NCBI GenBank assembly: GCA_035545195.1
Contig: DASZYW010000124.1
Location: 1 to 45,473, forward strand
Reading direction: 5' to 3'
Source of the DNA: Gaiellaceae bacterium
GTDB lineage: Bacteria > Actinomycetota > Thermoleophilia > Gaiellales > Gaiellaceae
Length of the DNA: 45,473 bases
Shown here: positions 1-10,469 of the stretch, piece by piece
Layout of the letters: the number at the start of each line of letters is the position of its first letter
Numbering within the stretch: position 1 is the stretch's first letter
Notes under the pieces: model-generated
The model's database searches: none
Seen by the model: the letters and a program-made list of their open reading frames with translations, nothing else
What the model was told of the DNA's origin: nothing
Translations under genes and position numbers: made by a program

Positions 1-1
1 C

Positions 2-1803
<1,802 letters not shown>

Positions 1804-1819
<16 letters not shown>

Positions 1820-2649
1820 CCGCCCCCGAGGCGGAGCAGCCGGCGCAGGCCGAGACGCCGCCGTCGCCGGTCGCCGCGCGCAAGCACATCGCGCTCGACA
1901 GCGAGTCGCCGGAGCACTTCCGCCACCAGTTCCGGTTCGTCTACGTCGTGCTCGCCGTCGGGCTCGCGGCCGCGATCGCGGGCGCGATCCTCGCGGCCGG
2001 CTCGAGCATCACCGGCAGCACGGCGTGGTCGTCGTGGAAGCCGGACACCGGCGGGCTCAGCGCCGCGCGCCAGATCGCGCAGCACGTCGCGCCGTCGTAC
2101 CGGCTCCCGGGCGGCGCCCAGCTGGTGGACGTGATCGCGAAGGAGCCGTCGGTCACTCCCGGCACGACGACGATCCCGGTGCACTACCTCGCCGTCCGCG
2201 AGACGAAGGCGCAGGGCGGCGACCAGATCCTCTCGATCTCCTCGTCGAACAGCGTCATGTTCTCGATGTGCGGCCTCGGGCCGTCGTGCTCGATCGCGAC
2301 CGGGACGCCGTCGGTGGCGCGCGGCCGCCTCGTGCGCCGCGAGATCCTCGAGCTGGCGCTGTACACGTTCAAGTACGTCGGCGGGATCAAGAACGTGATC
2401 GCGTTCATGCCGCCGCAGCCCGGGTCGACGCCGCAGTACGTCGTCTACCTGCGCAAGGACGACCTGTCGTCGGAGCTCCGCCAGCCGCTGGACGAGACGC
2501 TGGCCGCGAAGACGCCGCTCGCGAGCGCGATCCCGGCGAAGGAGGTGCGCACGGTCGACGCGACGACCGAGAGCCGCACCTTCTCGTTCAGCCTCTCGCA
2601 GGCGCAGCAGGGCGACGCGATCCTCGTGCTCGCCCCGCTGAAGGCGTAA
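1804..2649 (+). CDS. hypothetical single-pass membrane protein, translationally coupled to the FtsH paralog
   Basis: GTG at 1804 lies in the frame of ORF 118..2649 and overlaps the upstream stop by 16 nt. One clear TM helix (FVYVVLAVGLAAAIAGAILAAG) is followed by a ~210-aa soluble domain. The upstream part of the long ORF is Arg/Pro-rich out-of-frame noise over ftsH. Confidence 0.6.
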
Positions 2650-2704
2650 CCGCCTCCCGGTCTCGACCGTTCTAGTGGTTGAAACCCTGAAGGAGGACGT
2701 TCCG

Positions 2705-2860
2705 ATGCTGCTTCTGGTCCTGCTCGCGATCCTGGCTCTCGCCGCGTTCGGCGCGGGCTTCGTGATCCACTGGCTGTTCATCGTCGCGGCTGTCGTGGCG
2801 CTGATCTGGCTGATCAGCCTCTTCACCGGCGGTGTCGGCCGCCGTGGCGGCGCTCTCTAG
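2705..2860 (+). CDS. small hydrophobic membrane protein (51 aa, two predicted TM helices)
   Basis: ATG at 2705 is preceded by AGGAGG (2691-2696) with 8-nt spacing. The translation MLLLVLLAILALAAFGAGFVIHWLFIVAAVVALIWLISLF is almost entirely hydrophobic. A hairpin terminator follows. Confidence 0.55.
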   Translation: MLLLVLLAILALAAFGAGFVIHWLFIVAAVVALIWLISLFTGGVGRRGGAL

Positions 2861-2886
2861 TCGGCCGTCGCGTATCCGAGCGTTGA

Positions 2887-2914
2887 GCCGGGCGGCCCGT
2901 GCGGGCCGCCCGGC
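2887..2914. terminator. GC-rich hairpin between convergent genes (likely bidirectional terminator)
   Basis: GCCGGGCGGCCC-GTGC-GGGCCGCCCGGC forms a perfect 12-bp stem with a 4-nt loop. It lies between the stop at 2860 (+) and the stop at 2921 (-). Confidence 0.6.
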
Positions 2915-2920
2915 TGCTGC

Positions 2921-5131
2921 TTAGGCGTCGGCGATCCGCTCGGCCAGGGCCGACCAGCGCTTGCGGCCCTCGCCCCGCGCGACCGCGACCGCCAGCGCGC
3001 GCCGCTCGCCCGCGAGCACGCACAGCCGCTGCGCCCGCGTCACCGCCGTGTAGAGCAGCGGCCGCGAGAGCATCACCGCGTACTGCATCGACCACGGCGC
3101 CACGACCGCCGGGAACTGGGAGCCCTGCGCGCGGTGCACGGTCAGCGCCCAGCCGAGCTCGTACGTCTCCAACGCCGCGGCCGGCACGAGGATCTCGCGG
3201 CCGTCGTCGAGCGCGAGCGCCGCCTCGCCCTCCTCCTCGTCCCAGCCGAGCACGAAAGCGACCTCGCCGTTCATCACCTCGCGCTCCGGCGTGTAGTCGT
3301 TGCGTGTCTGCACGATCCGCGACCCGACGCGGAGGCCGCGGACGGTCGGCGTCCCGTGCGGGTTGAGCCGCGCCTCCAGCTCGGCGTTCAGCGCCTCCAG
3401 CCCGACCGGCCCCTTCCGCATCGGGACGAGGGTCATCACGTCGGCGCGCGGGTCGAAGCCCTGGCGCGGCAGCGCCTCGCAGACGAGCTCGAGCACCGCC
3501 TCGCGCAGCGTCTCCGGCCCGCTCCGCGAGACGAAGAAGAAGTCCTCGTCGAGCTCCTCCCCGCCCAGCTCGGCATGCGCCTCCTCGAGCGAGAGGTACG
3601 GCGGCTCGCCGCGGTTGATCCGGCGGGCGCTGCGCACGATCAGCGAGCGCGCGGCCTGCCGGTAGATCGCCGTCAGGTGCACCCGCGGGACGACGCCGCA
3701 CTCGACGAGATCGGCGAGCACCCTCCCCGGCCCGATCGGCGGCAGCTGGTCGGTGTCGCCGACGAGCAGGACGTGGCAGTCGCCGGCGGCGCGGAAGAGC
3801 GCGTCCGCCAGCTCGAGCGAGAGCATCGACGCCTCGTCGACGATCACGAGCTCGACGTCGTTCGAGAGCGGGTCGTCCTCGTCGCGCGTGAAGCGGTTCT
3901 CCTTCGGCGAGAAGCCGAGCGCGCGGTGGATCGTCATCGCGTCGTGGCCGGTCAGCTCGCGCATCCGCCGCGCCGCCTTCCCGGTCGGCGCGCAGAGCAG
4001 GACGCGGACGCCCGCGCGCCGGGCGGCGTCGACGAGTACGCGCTGCGTGTGCGTCTTGCCCGCGCCCGGCAGGCCGGTGAGCAGGACGAGCGGGCGCGTG
4101 CGCACGAGCTCGACGACGGCCCACTGCTCGTCCGAGACGTCGAGTGCGCCCGGCCGCGACGCGGGCTCGAACAGCTCGCCGGCGTCGCGGCCGCGCCGCG
4201 CGAGGTCGGCGGCGAGCCGGCACTCCATCTCCCACAGCTCGGCCCGGTAGGCGCGGCCCTCCTCGACGACCGTCTCGCCGTCGCGCGCCAGGCCCGCCAG
4301 CGCCGACTCGAGCTGCTCGGAGTCGTGCACGCCGAGCACGCGCGCAGCCTCGGCCCAGAGCTCCGCCAGCGGGAGGAACACGTTGCCGTCGGCGGCCGCC
4401 TCGGCGAGCACGAACAGGAGCCCCGCGCGCAGGCGCCGCGGCGAGTCGGGCTCGATCCCGAGCGACGCCGCGATCCGGTCGGCGACGCGGAAGCCGATCC
4501 CGCGCACCTCCGTCAGCCGGTACGGGTCATCGCTCACGACCGCGACGACGTCGGCCCCGTACGCGCGCACGAGCCGCGAGGCGAGCCCGGCGCCGATCCC
4601 GTGCGCGAACAGGAACGCCTCCATCTCGCGGATCGCGGCGACCTCCCGCCAGGCCGCCACCGCCCGCTCGACGGCGCGCCGCGAGATCGCACGGCCCGCC
4701 TGCGTGCGCACCTCGCGCAGCCGCTCGGGGTCCGAGTCGAGCTCCGCGAAGACGCGCTCGGCGCCGAAGTGGTCGACGATCGCCCGGGCGAACGTCGGCC
4801 CGATCCCCGGGACGCGGCGGCGCAGCCAGAGCGCGATCCCCTCCTCCGACTGCGGCAGAGCCGAGCGGAAGCTCTCGACCGCGAACTGCCAGCCGTAGCG
4901 CGGATGGCGCTCGAGCGCGCCCGCGACGACGACGTGCTCGCCCGGTTGCACGTGCCCGAGCGCTCCGCGCAGCGTCAGCGGCCCGCCGCCGCCGTCCTCG
5001 CCGACCGCCGCCGACCAGATCGCGAACTCGCCGTCCGCCGAGACCCAGCGCGGCCCGGAGCCGGCGAGCACGACGGCCAGCTCCCGCGCGTCCGGGTCGA
5101 CGGGCGGCCCGTCCTCGCCGAGCGTCCACAT
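2921..5131 (-). CDS. recD2: RecD2-type SF1 DNA helicase (ATP-dependent RecD-like helicase)
   Basis: Motifs seen: Walker A GLPGAGKTHT, VIVDEASML (motif II), LLVGDTDQLPPIGPG, and the C-terminal LTVHRAQGSQF / LLYTAVTRA helicase motifs. The start was chosen at ATG 5131 (MWTLGEDG) because the longer ORF would run through the tRNA gene. Confidence 0.85.
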   Translation of the reverse strand: MWTLGEDGPPVDPDARELAVVLAGSGPRWVSADGEFAIWSAAVGEDGGGGPLTLRGALGHVQPGEHVVVAGALERHPRYGWQFAVESFRSALPQSEEGIALWLRRRVPGIGPTFARAIVDHFGAERVFAELDSDPERLREVRTQAGRAISRRAVERAVAAWREVAAIREMEAFLFAHGIGAGLASRLVRAYGADVVAVVSDDPYRLTEVRGIGFRVADRIAASLGIEPDSPRRLRAGLLFVLAEAAADGNVFLPLAELWAEAARVLGVHDSEQLESALAGLARDGETVVEEGRAYRAELWEMECRLAADLARRGRDAGELFEPASRPGALDVSDEQWAVVELVRTRPLVLLTGLPGAGKTHTQRVLVDAARRAGVRVLLCAPTGKAARRMRELTGHDAMTIHRALGFSPKENRFTRDEDDPLSNDVELVIVDEASMLSLELADALFRAAGDCHVLLVGDTDQLPPIGPGRVLADLVECGVVPRVHLTAIYRQAARSLIVRSARRINRGEPPYLSLEEAHAELGGEELDEDFFFVSRSGPETLREAVLELVCEALPRQGFDPRADVMTLVPMRKGPVGLEALNAELEARLNPHGTPTVRGLRVGSRIVQTRNDYTPEREVMNGEVAFVLGWDEEEGEAALALDDGREILVPAAALETYELGWALTVHRAQGSQFPAVVAPWSMQYAVMLSRPLLYTAVTRAQRLCVLAGERRALAVAVARGEGRKRWSALAERIADA

Positions 5132-5218
5132 CCCACCGAGGCTACTAGGCCCGTCCCGCCGCGAGAATGAGCCGAGAGGCCCATTGCGGGCCGCCCGGTC
5201 GTCTGCGACCGTGGAGAC

Positions 5219-5380
5219 GTGTCGCGGACTGCGATCCTCCTCTGGATTCTCGCCCTGCTCGTGCTGGAGGTCCAGCACCTGAAGTGGATCTGGTGGGAGT
5301 ACTGGGACTGCCGCAAGTGCAGCGCCAAGCACAAGGACTGCGCGTGCGGGGCAACCCGGCAATGGGTCATGTACCTGTAG
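5219..5380 (+). CDS. candidate small membrane protein with Cys-rich tail (53 aa), absent from the ORF track
   Basis: GTG at 5219 lies 2 nt after GGAG (5213-5216). Translation: VSRTAILLWILALLVLEVQHLKWIWWEYWDCRKCSAKHKDCACGATRQWVMYL*. About 49 of 53 codons end in G/C, matching the coding bias of this genome. The listed overlapping ORFs translate to Arg/Pro junk. Confidence 0.4.
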   Translation: MSRTAILLWILALLVLEVQHLKWIWWEYWDCRKCSAKHKDCACGATRQWVMYL

Positions 5381-5400
5381 CGCCGGTAGCCTGGACGCCG

Positions 5401-5473
5401 GCCCCCATCGACTAGCGGTCCAGGTCGCGGCCCTTTCAAGGCCGTAGCACGGGTTCGAATCCCGTTGGGGGCA
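5401..5473 (+). tRNA. tRNA-Glu (anticodon UUC)
   Basis: Hand-folded cloverleaf. Acceptor GCCCCCA/TGGGGGC; D-arm GACT..GGTC; anticodon stem CGGCC/GGCCG with loop CTTTCAA (anticodon TTC); 4-nt variable loop; T-arm ACGGG-TTCGAAT-CCCGT; discriminator A. CCA is not fully encoded (CCT follows). Confidence 0.9.
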
Positions 5474-5551
5474 CCTCAGCGCTCGCAAGTGCCCGAAACC
5501 GGGGATGAGGCGCGCGGCAGCGGTAGGCTAGAGAGCTGGTCGGAGGCGTCC

Positions 5552-7363
5552 ATGTACGAGTGGGAATGGGGCAAGCGACGACGCCGCGGGTTCGACGGCG
5601 ACCCCGTGGGCTCTCGGTTCGACCGGGCTCAGGTGGGCAGCACGATGCTGCTCCGCTGGGTCGAGCACTGCGTCGAGTGCGCGCCGCCGGACTGCTACCG
5701 CACGTGCACCCTCTACGTCGCGCGCGACGACCGGCGCTGTGCCCGCTTCGTCGACGGGATCGTCGCGGAGCCGTCCGTCCGCGGCCTGTTCGACCACGGC
5801 GCCAGGATCCGCTTCCGGCGCTGGGGCAAGCTGGAGGCCAGGCTGCCGGCGCCCACAGTCGGAACGGACGCGCATCGCGCGCTGGCGCGCTTCGACCGTG
5901 TCGTGACCCGGACACTCGCGGGCGTAGAGTCGGCACTCGGGCGACTCGACCCGCGAAAGCGCCTCCTCGGCGTCTGGGGAATCGTCCGCGAGCAGCTGCT
6001 CGACCGTCTGGCCCGCCGCCGGCAAGCCGCCCATGACGCCTTCGTCCTGGAGTGCCACTCGCTCGAACGCGAGCCGTTCCAGCTCGTGCTCGAGCTGACC
6101 CAGGGCGACGAGGTGCGAGGCCGGATGTCGTTCACGATCGCGCCCGGCCACAACCTCCACGTCGTCCCCGCGGAGACCCTGCCGCCGCCCACGGGCGAGC
6201 GCGGCGGGATCCTGCTGAGCCCGGAGGGAGACGACGAGCGCGAGCTCGTCTTCACCTGGCTCGACTTCGTCTCGTTCGTGCCGGAGGCGCGCGACCACGC
6301 GCCGGCCCCGGCCGCGAAGGTCAAGTGTGTCGCCTGGGATCTCGACGGCACGCTCTGGCGCGGCACGCTCGTCGAAGACGGCCCCGAGGGCTGCGAGCTC
6401 GATCCCGTCGCGGCCGCCGCCGTCCGGGCGCTCGACGAGCGCGGGATTCTCCAGACGATCGTGAGCAAGAACGACCACGACGACGCCTGGGCGCTCGTCG
6501 AGCGCACCGGGCTGAGCGAGTACTTCCTCCACCCGCAGATCTCCTGGAACGCGAAGAGCGCTGGGCTCGCGCGCGCCGCGGCGAGGCTCGACATCGGGCT
6601 CGACACGTTCGCGCTCGTCGACGACTCGGCCTTCGAGCGCGCCGAGGTGTCGCACGCCCTCCCCCAGGTCCGGGTCTACGACGCGGCGTCGATCGGCGGG
6701 CTCCTCGAGCTCCCGGAGCTCGACGTCCCGATCACGGCCGCGAGCGCGCTCCGCCGCCGCTCCTACGTCGAGAACGCGCAGCGTGACGAGGCTCAGGTCG
6801 CGTTCGACGGCTCGCAGCTCGAATTCCTCCGCTCGTGCGGCCTCCGGCTGCGGATCTTCACGCCGGCGTCGGCCGACGAGCGCAAGCGCTGCCTCGAGCT
6901 GGTGCAACGCTCGAACCAGCTCAACCTCTCGACGCGCCGCTACGACGCGAACCAGCTCGACGCGCTGGTCGCCGATCCGGACGTCCTCACGGCCGCCTTC
7001 GAGTGCGAGGACCGCTTCGGCCGCTACGGGATCGTCGGCTTCGCCGCCGTCGAAGAGGGCGACGACGGACCGCTGCTCCGCGATCTGGTGCTCTCGTGTC
7101 GGGTCGCCCGGAAGCGGGTCGAGCAGGCGTTCGTCGACTGGCTCGCCCGCCGCGAGCACGCGCGGGGCGCAACGACCCTCTACGCCGAGATCGTGCCCAC
7201 CGCCCGGAACGGCCCGTTGCGCGAGGTGTTCGCCGAGCTGCCCTTCCTCACCGTCGCCGAGAGCGCGACTGCGATCCGGCTCGAGCTCCCGCTCGCGCAG
7301 CTGCCGGAGCCCGAGGGAATCGTCGAGGTGGTCGACGAGCTCGAAGCGACGCTGCCCGCATGA
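5552..7363 (+). CDS. FkbH-like HAD-IIIC phosphatase-domain protein with N-terminal Cys-cluster domain and C-terminal GNAT-like domain
   Basis: ATG at 5552 lies 5 nt after GGAGG (5542-5546); the longer ORF start overlaps the tRNA. HAD motifs seen: WDLDGTLW (DxDxT), IVSKNDHDDA and LVDDSAFERAEV. The C-terminal region (CEDRFGRYGIVGFAAV...LSCRVARKRVEQAF) is typical of FkbH-family proteins. Confidence 0.75.
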   Translation: MYEWEWGKRRRRGFDGDPVGSRFDRAQVGSTMLLRWVEHCVECAPPDCYRTCTLYVARDDRRCARFVDGIVAEPSVRGLFDHGARIRFRRWGKLEARLPAPTVGTDAHRALARFDRVVTRTLAGVESALGRLDPRKRLLGVWGIVREQLLDRLARRRQAAHDAFVLECHSLEREPFQLVLELTQGDEVRGRMSFTIAPGHNLHVVPAETLPPPTGERGGILLSPEGDDERELVFTWLDFVSFVPEARDHAPAPAAKVKCVAWDLDGTLWRGTLVEDGPEGCELDPVAAAAVRALDERGILQTIVSKNDHDDAWALVERTGLSEYFLHPQISWNAKSAGLARAAARLDIGLDTFALVDDSAFERAEVSHALPQVRVYDAASIGGLLELPELDVPITAASALRRRSYVENAQRDEAQVAFDGSQLEFLRSCGLRLRIFTPASADERKRCLELVQRSNQLNLSTRRYDANQLDALVADPDVLTAAFECEDRFGRYGIVGFAAVEEGDDGPLLRDLVLSCRVARKRVEQAFVDWLARREHARGATTLYAEIVPTARNGPLREVFAELPFLTVAESATAIRLELPLAQLPEPEGIVEVVDELEATLPA

Positions 7364-8124
7364 TCGTCAACGCCGACGATCTCGCGTACGACGAAGGCCG
7401 CAACACCGCGATCCTGGCCCTGCTCGAGCGAGGGCTCGTCGACCGCGCGACGGTGATGGCGAACATGCCGGGCTTCGACGACGCCGCCACCCGCGTCCGC
7501 GCAGCCGGGCTCGAGCAGCGCGTTGGGATTCACCTCGTCCTCAGCGAGGGGACGCCACTCACGGAGGGGATCCGGAGGCTGCCGACCTTCTGCGACGCGA
7601 ACGGCGAGTTCCGGCAGTGGCGCTACGAGCACATCCGACCCTGGCTCCCGCGAGCCGAACGTGACGCACTCGTCGCGGAGCTCACCGCACAGGTCGAGCG
7701 CTGCCGGGCGCACGGGCTACCGGTCGCCCATCTCGATTCGCACCACCACGTGCACAACGAGCCGTCCGTCGCCTTGACGGTGATCCGGGCTGCCAAGCGC
7801 GCAGGCATCGAGTCGATCCGCATCGCGCGCAACTGCCAGCCGGACCTGCGCGGGCCGAAGCGGGCGTACAAATCGGCCTTCAATGCGCTGCTCCGTGCGC
7901 AGGGACTCGCCGCCAGCAGACTCTTCGGGACGCTCGACGATCTCGAATCCCTGCTGAGCCGTCCAGGGGACACCCGCTGGAGCACCTCGTTCGAGCTGAT
8001 GGTGCACCCGGACCTCGCGGAGGACGGCTCGATCGTCGAGTCAGGCCGGCCCGGCAGGCCGCTCGACCTCGAGCTCGAGCGGCTCCGAGGCGGCGGTTCC
8101 CAAATTGCAAACCGTGTTCTATGA
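7360..8124 (+). CDS. YdjC/ChbG-family carbohydrate deacetylase
   Basis: The ATGA overlap with the upstream stop indicates coupling. N-terminal MIVNADDLAY and the metal-site motif HLDSHHHVH are characteristic of the YdjC family. Confidence 0.8.
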   Translation: MIVNADDLAYDEGRNTAILALLERGLVDRATVMANMPGFDDAATRVRAAGLEQRVGIHLVLSEGTPLTEGIRRLPTFCDANGEFRQWRYEHIRPWLPRAERDALVAELTAQVERCRAHGLPVAHLDSHHHVHNEPSVALTVIRAAKRAGIESIRIARNCQPDLRGPKRAYKSAFNALLRAQGLAASRLFGTLDDLESLLSRPGDTRWSTSFELMVHPDLAEDGSIVESGRPGRPLDLELERLRGGGSQIANRVL

Positions 8125-8158
8125 TGGCCTCTCGCGCACGCAAGCGGTGGCGAGCAGC

Positions 8159-9808
8159 ATGAACCCGGATACCCATCTTCCCCACCATGCGCCCCCGACG
8201 TCGCTTCGCGATTACGTGCGCGTCATCCGGCGACGCAAGTGGATCGTCGTCCTCTCGATCCTGATCGTCCCGGGCGCGGCGATCGCCTACTCCCTCCATC
8301 AGCAGAGTCTCTACCGGGCTTCCGCGAAGGTGCTGCTGAGCCAGCAGAACCTGGCATACGCCCTCACCGGCACGCAGACGCCCTCGATCGACCCTACGAG
8401 GGATTCGCAGACCCAGGCGGACGTCGCCCGCGTTCGCTACGTCGCGCGCAACGCGCTCGCGCTCGCTCACAACTCGATGACGGTCGACGACTTCCTCGCC
8501 TCCTCGTCCGTCGACTCGTCTCAGGACTCGAACATCCTCACCTTCTCCGTGACGAACCACGTCCCGGCGGTCTCGGAGCGGCTCGCCACCGACTATGCGA
8601 TGGCCTTCATCGCGTATCGCAACGCTCTCGACACCTCGTCGCTGCGACGCGCGAAGAACGAGGTGCAGCAGGAGCTGTCCGCACTCAGCGCCGCGGGCAA
8701 GCAGGACACGCCGCTCTACACCCAGCTCTCGGAGAAGGCACAGACGATCGACACGTTGACGACGCTCCAGACGTCGAACGCGTCCCTCATCGAGGGCGCC
8801 TCCTCGACGGTGCAGGTGCAGCCGAGGACAAAACGGAATGCCGTGCTGGCGTTCCTTCTCGGCGTCGTGCTCGGCGTCCCGCTCGCGTTCCTCTGGGAGA
8901 CGCTCGACACGCGCGTCCGGACGGCCGAGGAGATCGGCGAGCGGCTCGGCCTGCCGCTGCTCGCCCGCGTCCCGGCGCCGCCGAAGGATCTCGGCGAGCG
9001 GCGCGGGCTGATCATGCGCGACAACCCGCGCGGCCGCGACGCGGAGATCTTCCGGATCCTGCGCACGAATCTCGAATTCGTCCTGCTGGGCAACGACGCC
9101 AGGACAGTGATCGTCACGAGCGCCCTCGACCAGGAGGGCAAGTCGACGACGGCCGCCAACCTCGCGGTCTCGCTTGCCCAGTCCGGGAGGCGCGTCGTCC
9201 TCGTCGACCTCGACCTCCGCCGGCCGACACTCGACCTGTTCTTCCGCCTCAAGGGGCGCCCCGGACTGACGAACGTCGCCGTCGGCCACACCGACCTGGA
9301 CGACGCGCTCGCGGAGATTCCCCTGGTCGACGGCGACGGCATCTCGCCGGCGCTCGACGGGTCGAACGGCTCGCGCTCGCTCGCCTCGTTGGCGACCGGG
9401 TCGATCTCGGTCCTCCCGACCGGTCCGCTCCCGCCGAACGCAGGCGAATTCGTCAGCTCGACCGCGCTCGAGGAGATCCTCGTCGAGCTTCGGCGGCGCT
9501 TCGACATCGTGCTCATCGACACGCCGCCGGCGCTCCAGATCGGTGACGCTCTCACCCTGAGCCGCAAGGTCGACGGAATCGTGGTCGTGACCCGCATGTC
9601 GGTGATCCGGCGGCCGATCCTCACCGAACTGCGGCGCGCACTCGGCGCGAGCCCGGCTGCGAAGCTCGGCTTCATCGCAACCGGCGTCGGCCAGGACGGG
9701 TCCGGCTACGGCTACGGCTACGGGTACGGATACGGGTACTACGAGCAGGCCGAGGAATCGCGCGGGAAGCCTGCGAAGGCATCGAGAGCCCGCTCACGTT
9801 CTCGCTAG
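8159..9808 (+). CDS. Wzz-domain chain-length regulator fused to BY-type tyrosine autokinase (Wzc/CpsCD-like)
   Basis: N-terminal TM (WIVVLSILIVPGAAIAY) plus a Wzz-like periplasmic region and a second TM. Motifs seen: Walker A SALDQEGKSTTAANLA, Walker A' VVLVDLDLRRP, Walker B IVLIDTPP, and a C-terminal Tyr cluster GSGYGYGYGYGYGYY. The start is ambiguous: ATG 8159 was chosen; TTG 8105 is the alternative. Confidence 0.85.
   Translation: MNPDTHLPHHAPPTSLRDYVRVIRRRKWIVVLSILIVPGAAIAYSLHQQSLYRASAKVLLSQQNLAYALTGTQTPSIDPTRDSQTQADVARVRYVARNALALAHNSMTVDDFLASSSVDSSQDSNILTFSVTNHVPAVSERLATDYAMAFIAYRNALDTSSLRRAKNEVQQELSALSAAGKQDTPLYTQLSEKAQTIDTLTTLQTSNASLIEGASSTVQVQPRTKRNAVLAFLLGVVLGVPLAFLWETLDTRVRTAEEIGERLGLPLLARVPAPPKDLGERRGLIMRDNPRGRDAEIFRILRTNLEFVLLGNDARTVIVTSALDQEGKSTTAANLAVSLAQSGRRVVLVDLDLRRPTLDLFFRLKGRPGLTNVAVGHTDLDDALAEIPLVDGDGISPALDGSNGSRSLASLATGSISVLPTGPLPPNAGEFVSSTALEEILVELRRRFDIVLIDTPPALQIGDALTLSRKVDGIVVVTRMSVIRRPILTELRRALGASPAAKLGFIATGVGQDGSGYGYGYGYGYGYYEQAEESRGKPAKASRARSRSR
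9704..9742 (+). repeat. imperfect hexanucleotide tandem repeat (GGCTAC)n encoding the (Gly-Tyr)n tail of the kinase
   Basis: Read directly: GGCTAC GGCTAC GGCTAC GGGTAC GGATAC GGGTAC TAC. Confidence 0.9.
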
Positions 9809-9815
9809 GAGCTCG

Positions 9816-10361
9816 GTGCGAGCAGTCTTCCTCGATCGCGACGGAGTCCTGAACCGGCTCGTCATCGGCGGCGACGGCGTCGGACGGCCGCCCGCCGGCG
9901 TCGACCAGCTCGAGCTGCTGCCGGGAGTCGATCGCGCGTGCCGCCGTCTGAAGGCGGCCGGTTTCGCGCTTCTCGTCGCGACCAACCAGCCGGACGTGGC
10001 GAGGGGACGACTGTCTCGGGGAGCCGTCGAGGAGGTCAACGCCGCACTCGCCGAGCGGCTCCCCCTCGACGAGATCCTCGTTTGCTATCACGACGACGCG
10101 GACGGCTGCGCGTGCCGGAAGCCGCAACCGGGTCTCCTGCTCGAGGCCGCCGGACGCTGGCGGATCGATCTCGCTCAGAGCTACCTCGTCGGAGACCGCC
10201 CGAAGGACATCACCGCGGGGCGTCACGCCGGCTGCACGACCATCCTCGTCGGCCGGGGCGACATCGGAGATGCGGATCACCGAGCGTCGGGACTCGCAGA
10301 TGCCGCGACCTGGCTGCTCCAGCGAGACCCGGCACCGACGATGGACGCCGCGAGATCGTGA
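9816..10361 (+). CDS. gmhB: D-glycero-D-manno-heptose 1,7-bisphosphate phosphatase (HAD family)
   Basis: GTG start after AGGAG. Motifs seen: FLDRDGVLN (HAD motif I), VATNQPDVARG, the zinc/loop motif CYHDDADGCACRKPQPGLL, and GDRPKDI. Confidence 0.8.
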   Translation: MRAVFLDRDGVLNRLVIGGDGVGRPPAGVDQLELLPGVDRACRRLKAAGFALLVATNQPDVARGRLSRGAVEEVNAALAERLPLDEILVCYHDDADGCACRKPQPGLLLEAAGRWRIDLAQSYLVGDRPKDITAGRHAGCTTILVGRGDIGDADHRASGLADAATWLLQRDPAPTMDAARS

Positions 10362-10469
10362 GTCACTCCTTGGCAGCTATGGGCCGCGGATCGTTCCGGC
10401 GAGCCGCCGGCCCGCCGAGTCGCGAGGACGAGAGAACCGCCGGATGATCGCCGACGGAGCGGCCGCGAA

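Noticed and set aside
2900-5198. The 14-nt direct repeat TGCGGGCCGCCCGG at 2900-2913 and 5185-5198 flanks the recD2 gene. I considered it as a possible mobile-element or cassette boundary.
   Set aside because: A back-of-envelope estimate for this base composition predicts tens of chance 14-mer matches in 45 kb, and more for all-G/C words. One copy is simply part of the terminator stem. There is no integrase, transposase or target duplication logic.
5401-5473. tRNA-Glu as the integration site of a horizontally acquired glycan island.
   Set aside because: The locus does start right after the tRNA. However, I found no integrase gene, no repeat of the tRNA 3' end elsewhere in the window, and no sharp compositional break. 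It is worth a computational check (k-mer skew, synteny) but is not supported from sequence alone.
5465-5551. Upstream ATG at 5465 as the start of the FkbH-like gene.
   Set aside because: It lies inside the tRNA-Glu gene. The downstream ATG at 5552 has a GGAGG Shine-Dalgarno at proper spacing.
9704-9742. The tandem GGCTAC repeat as a non-coding microsatellite or CRISPR-like array.
   Set aside because: It lies in frame within the kinase ORF and encodes the expected C-terminal tyrosine cluster. It has no spacers and no array structure.
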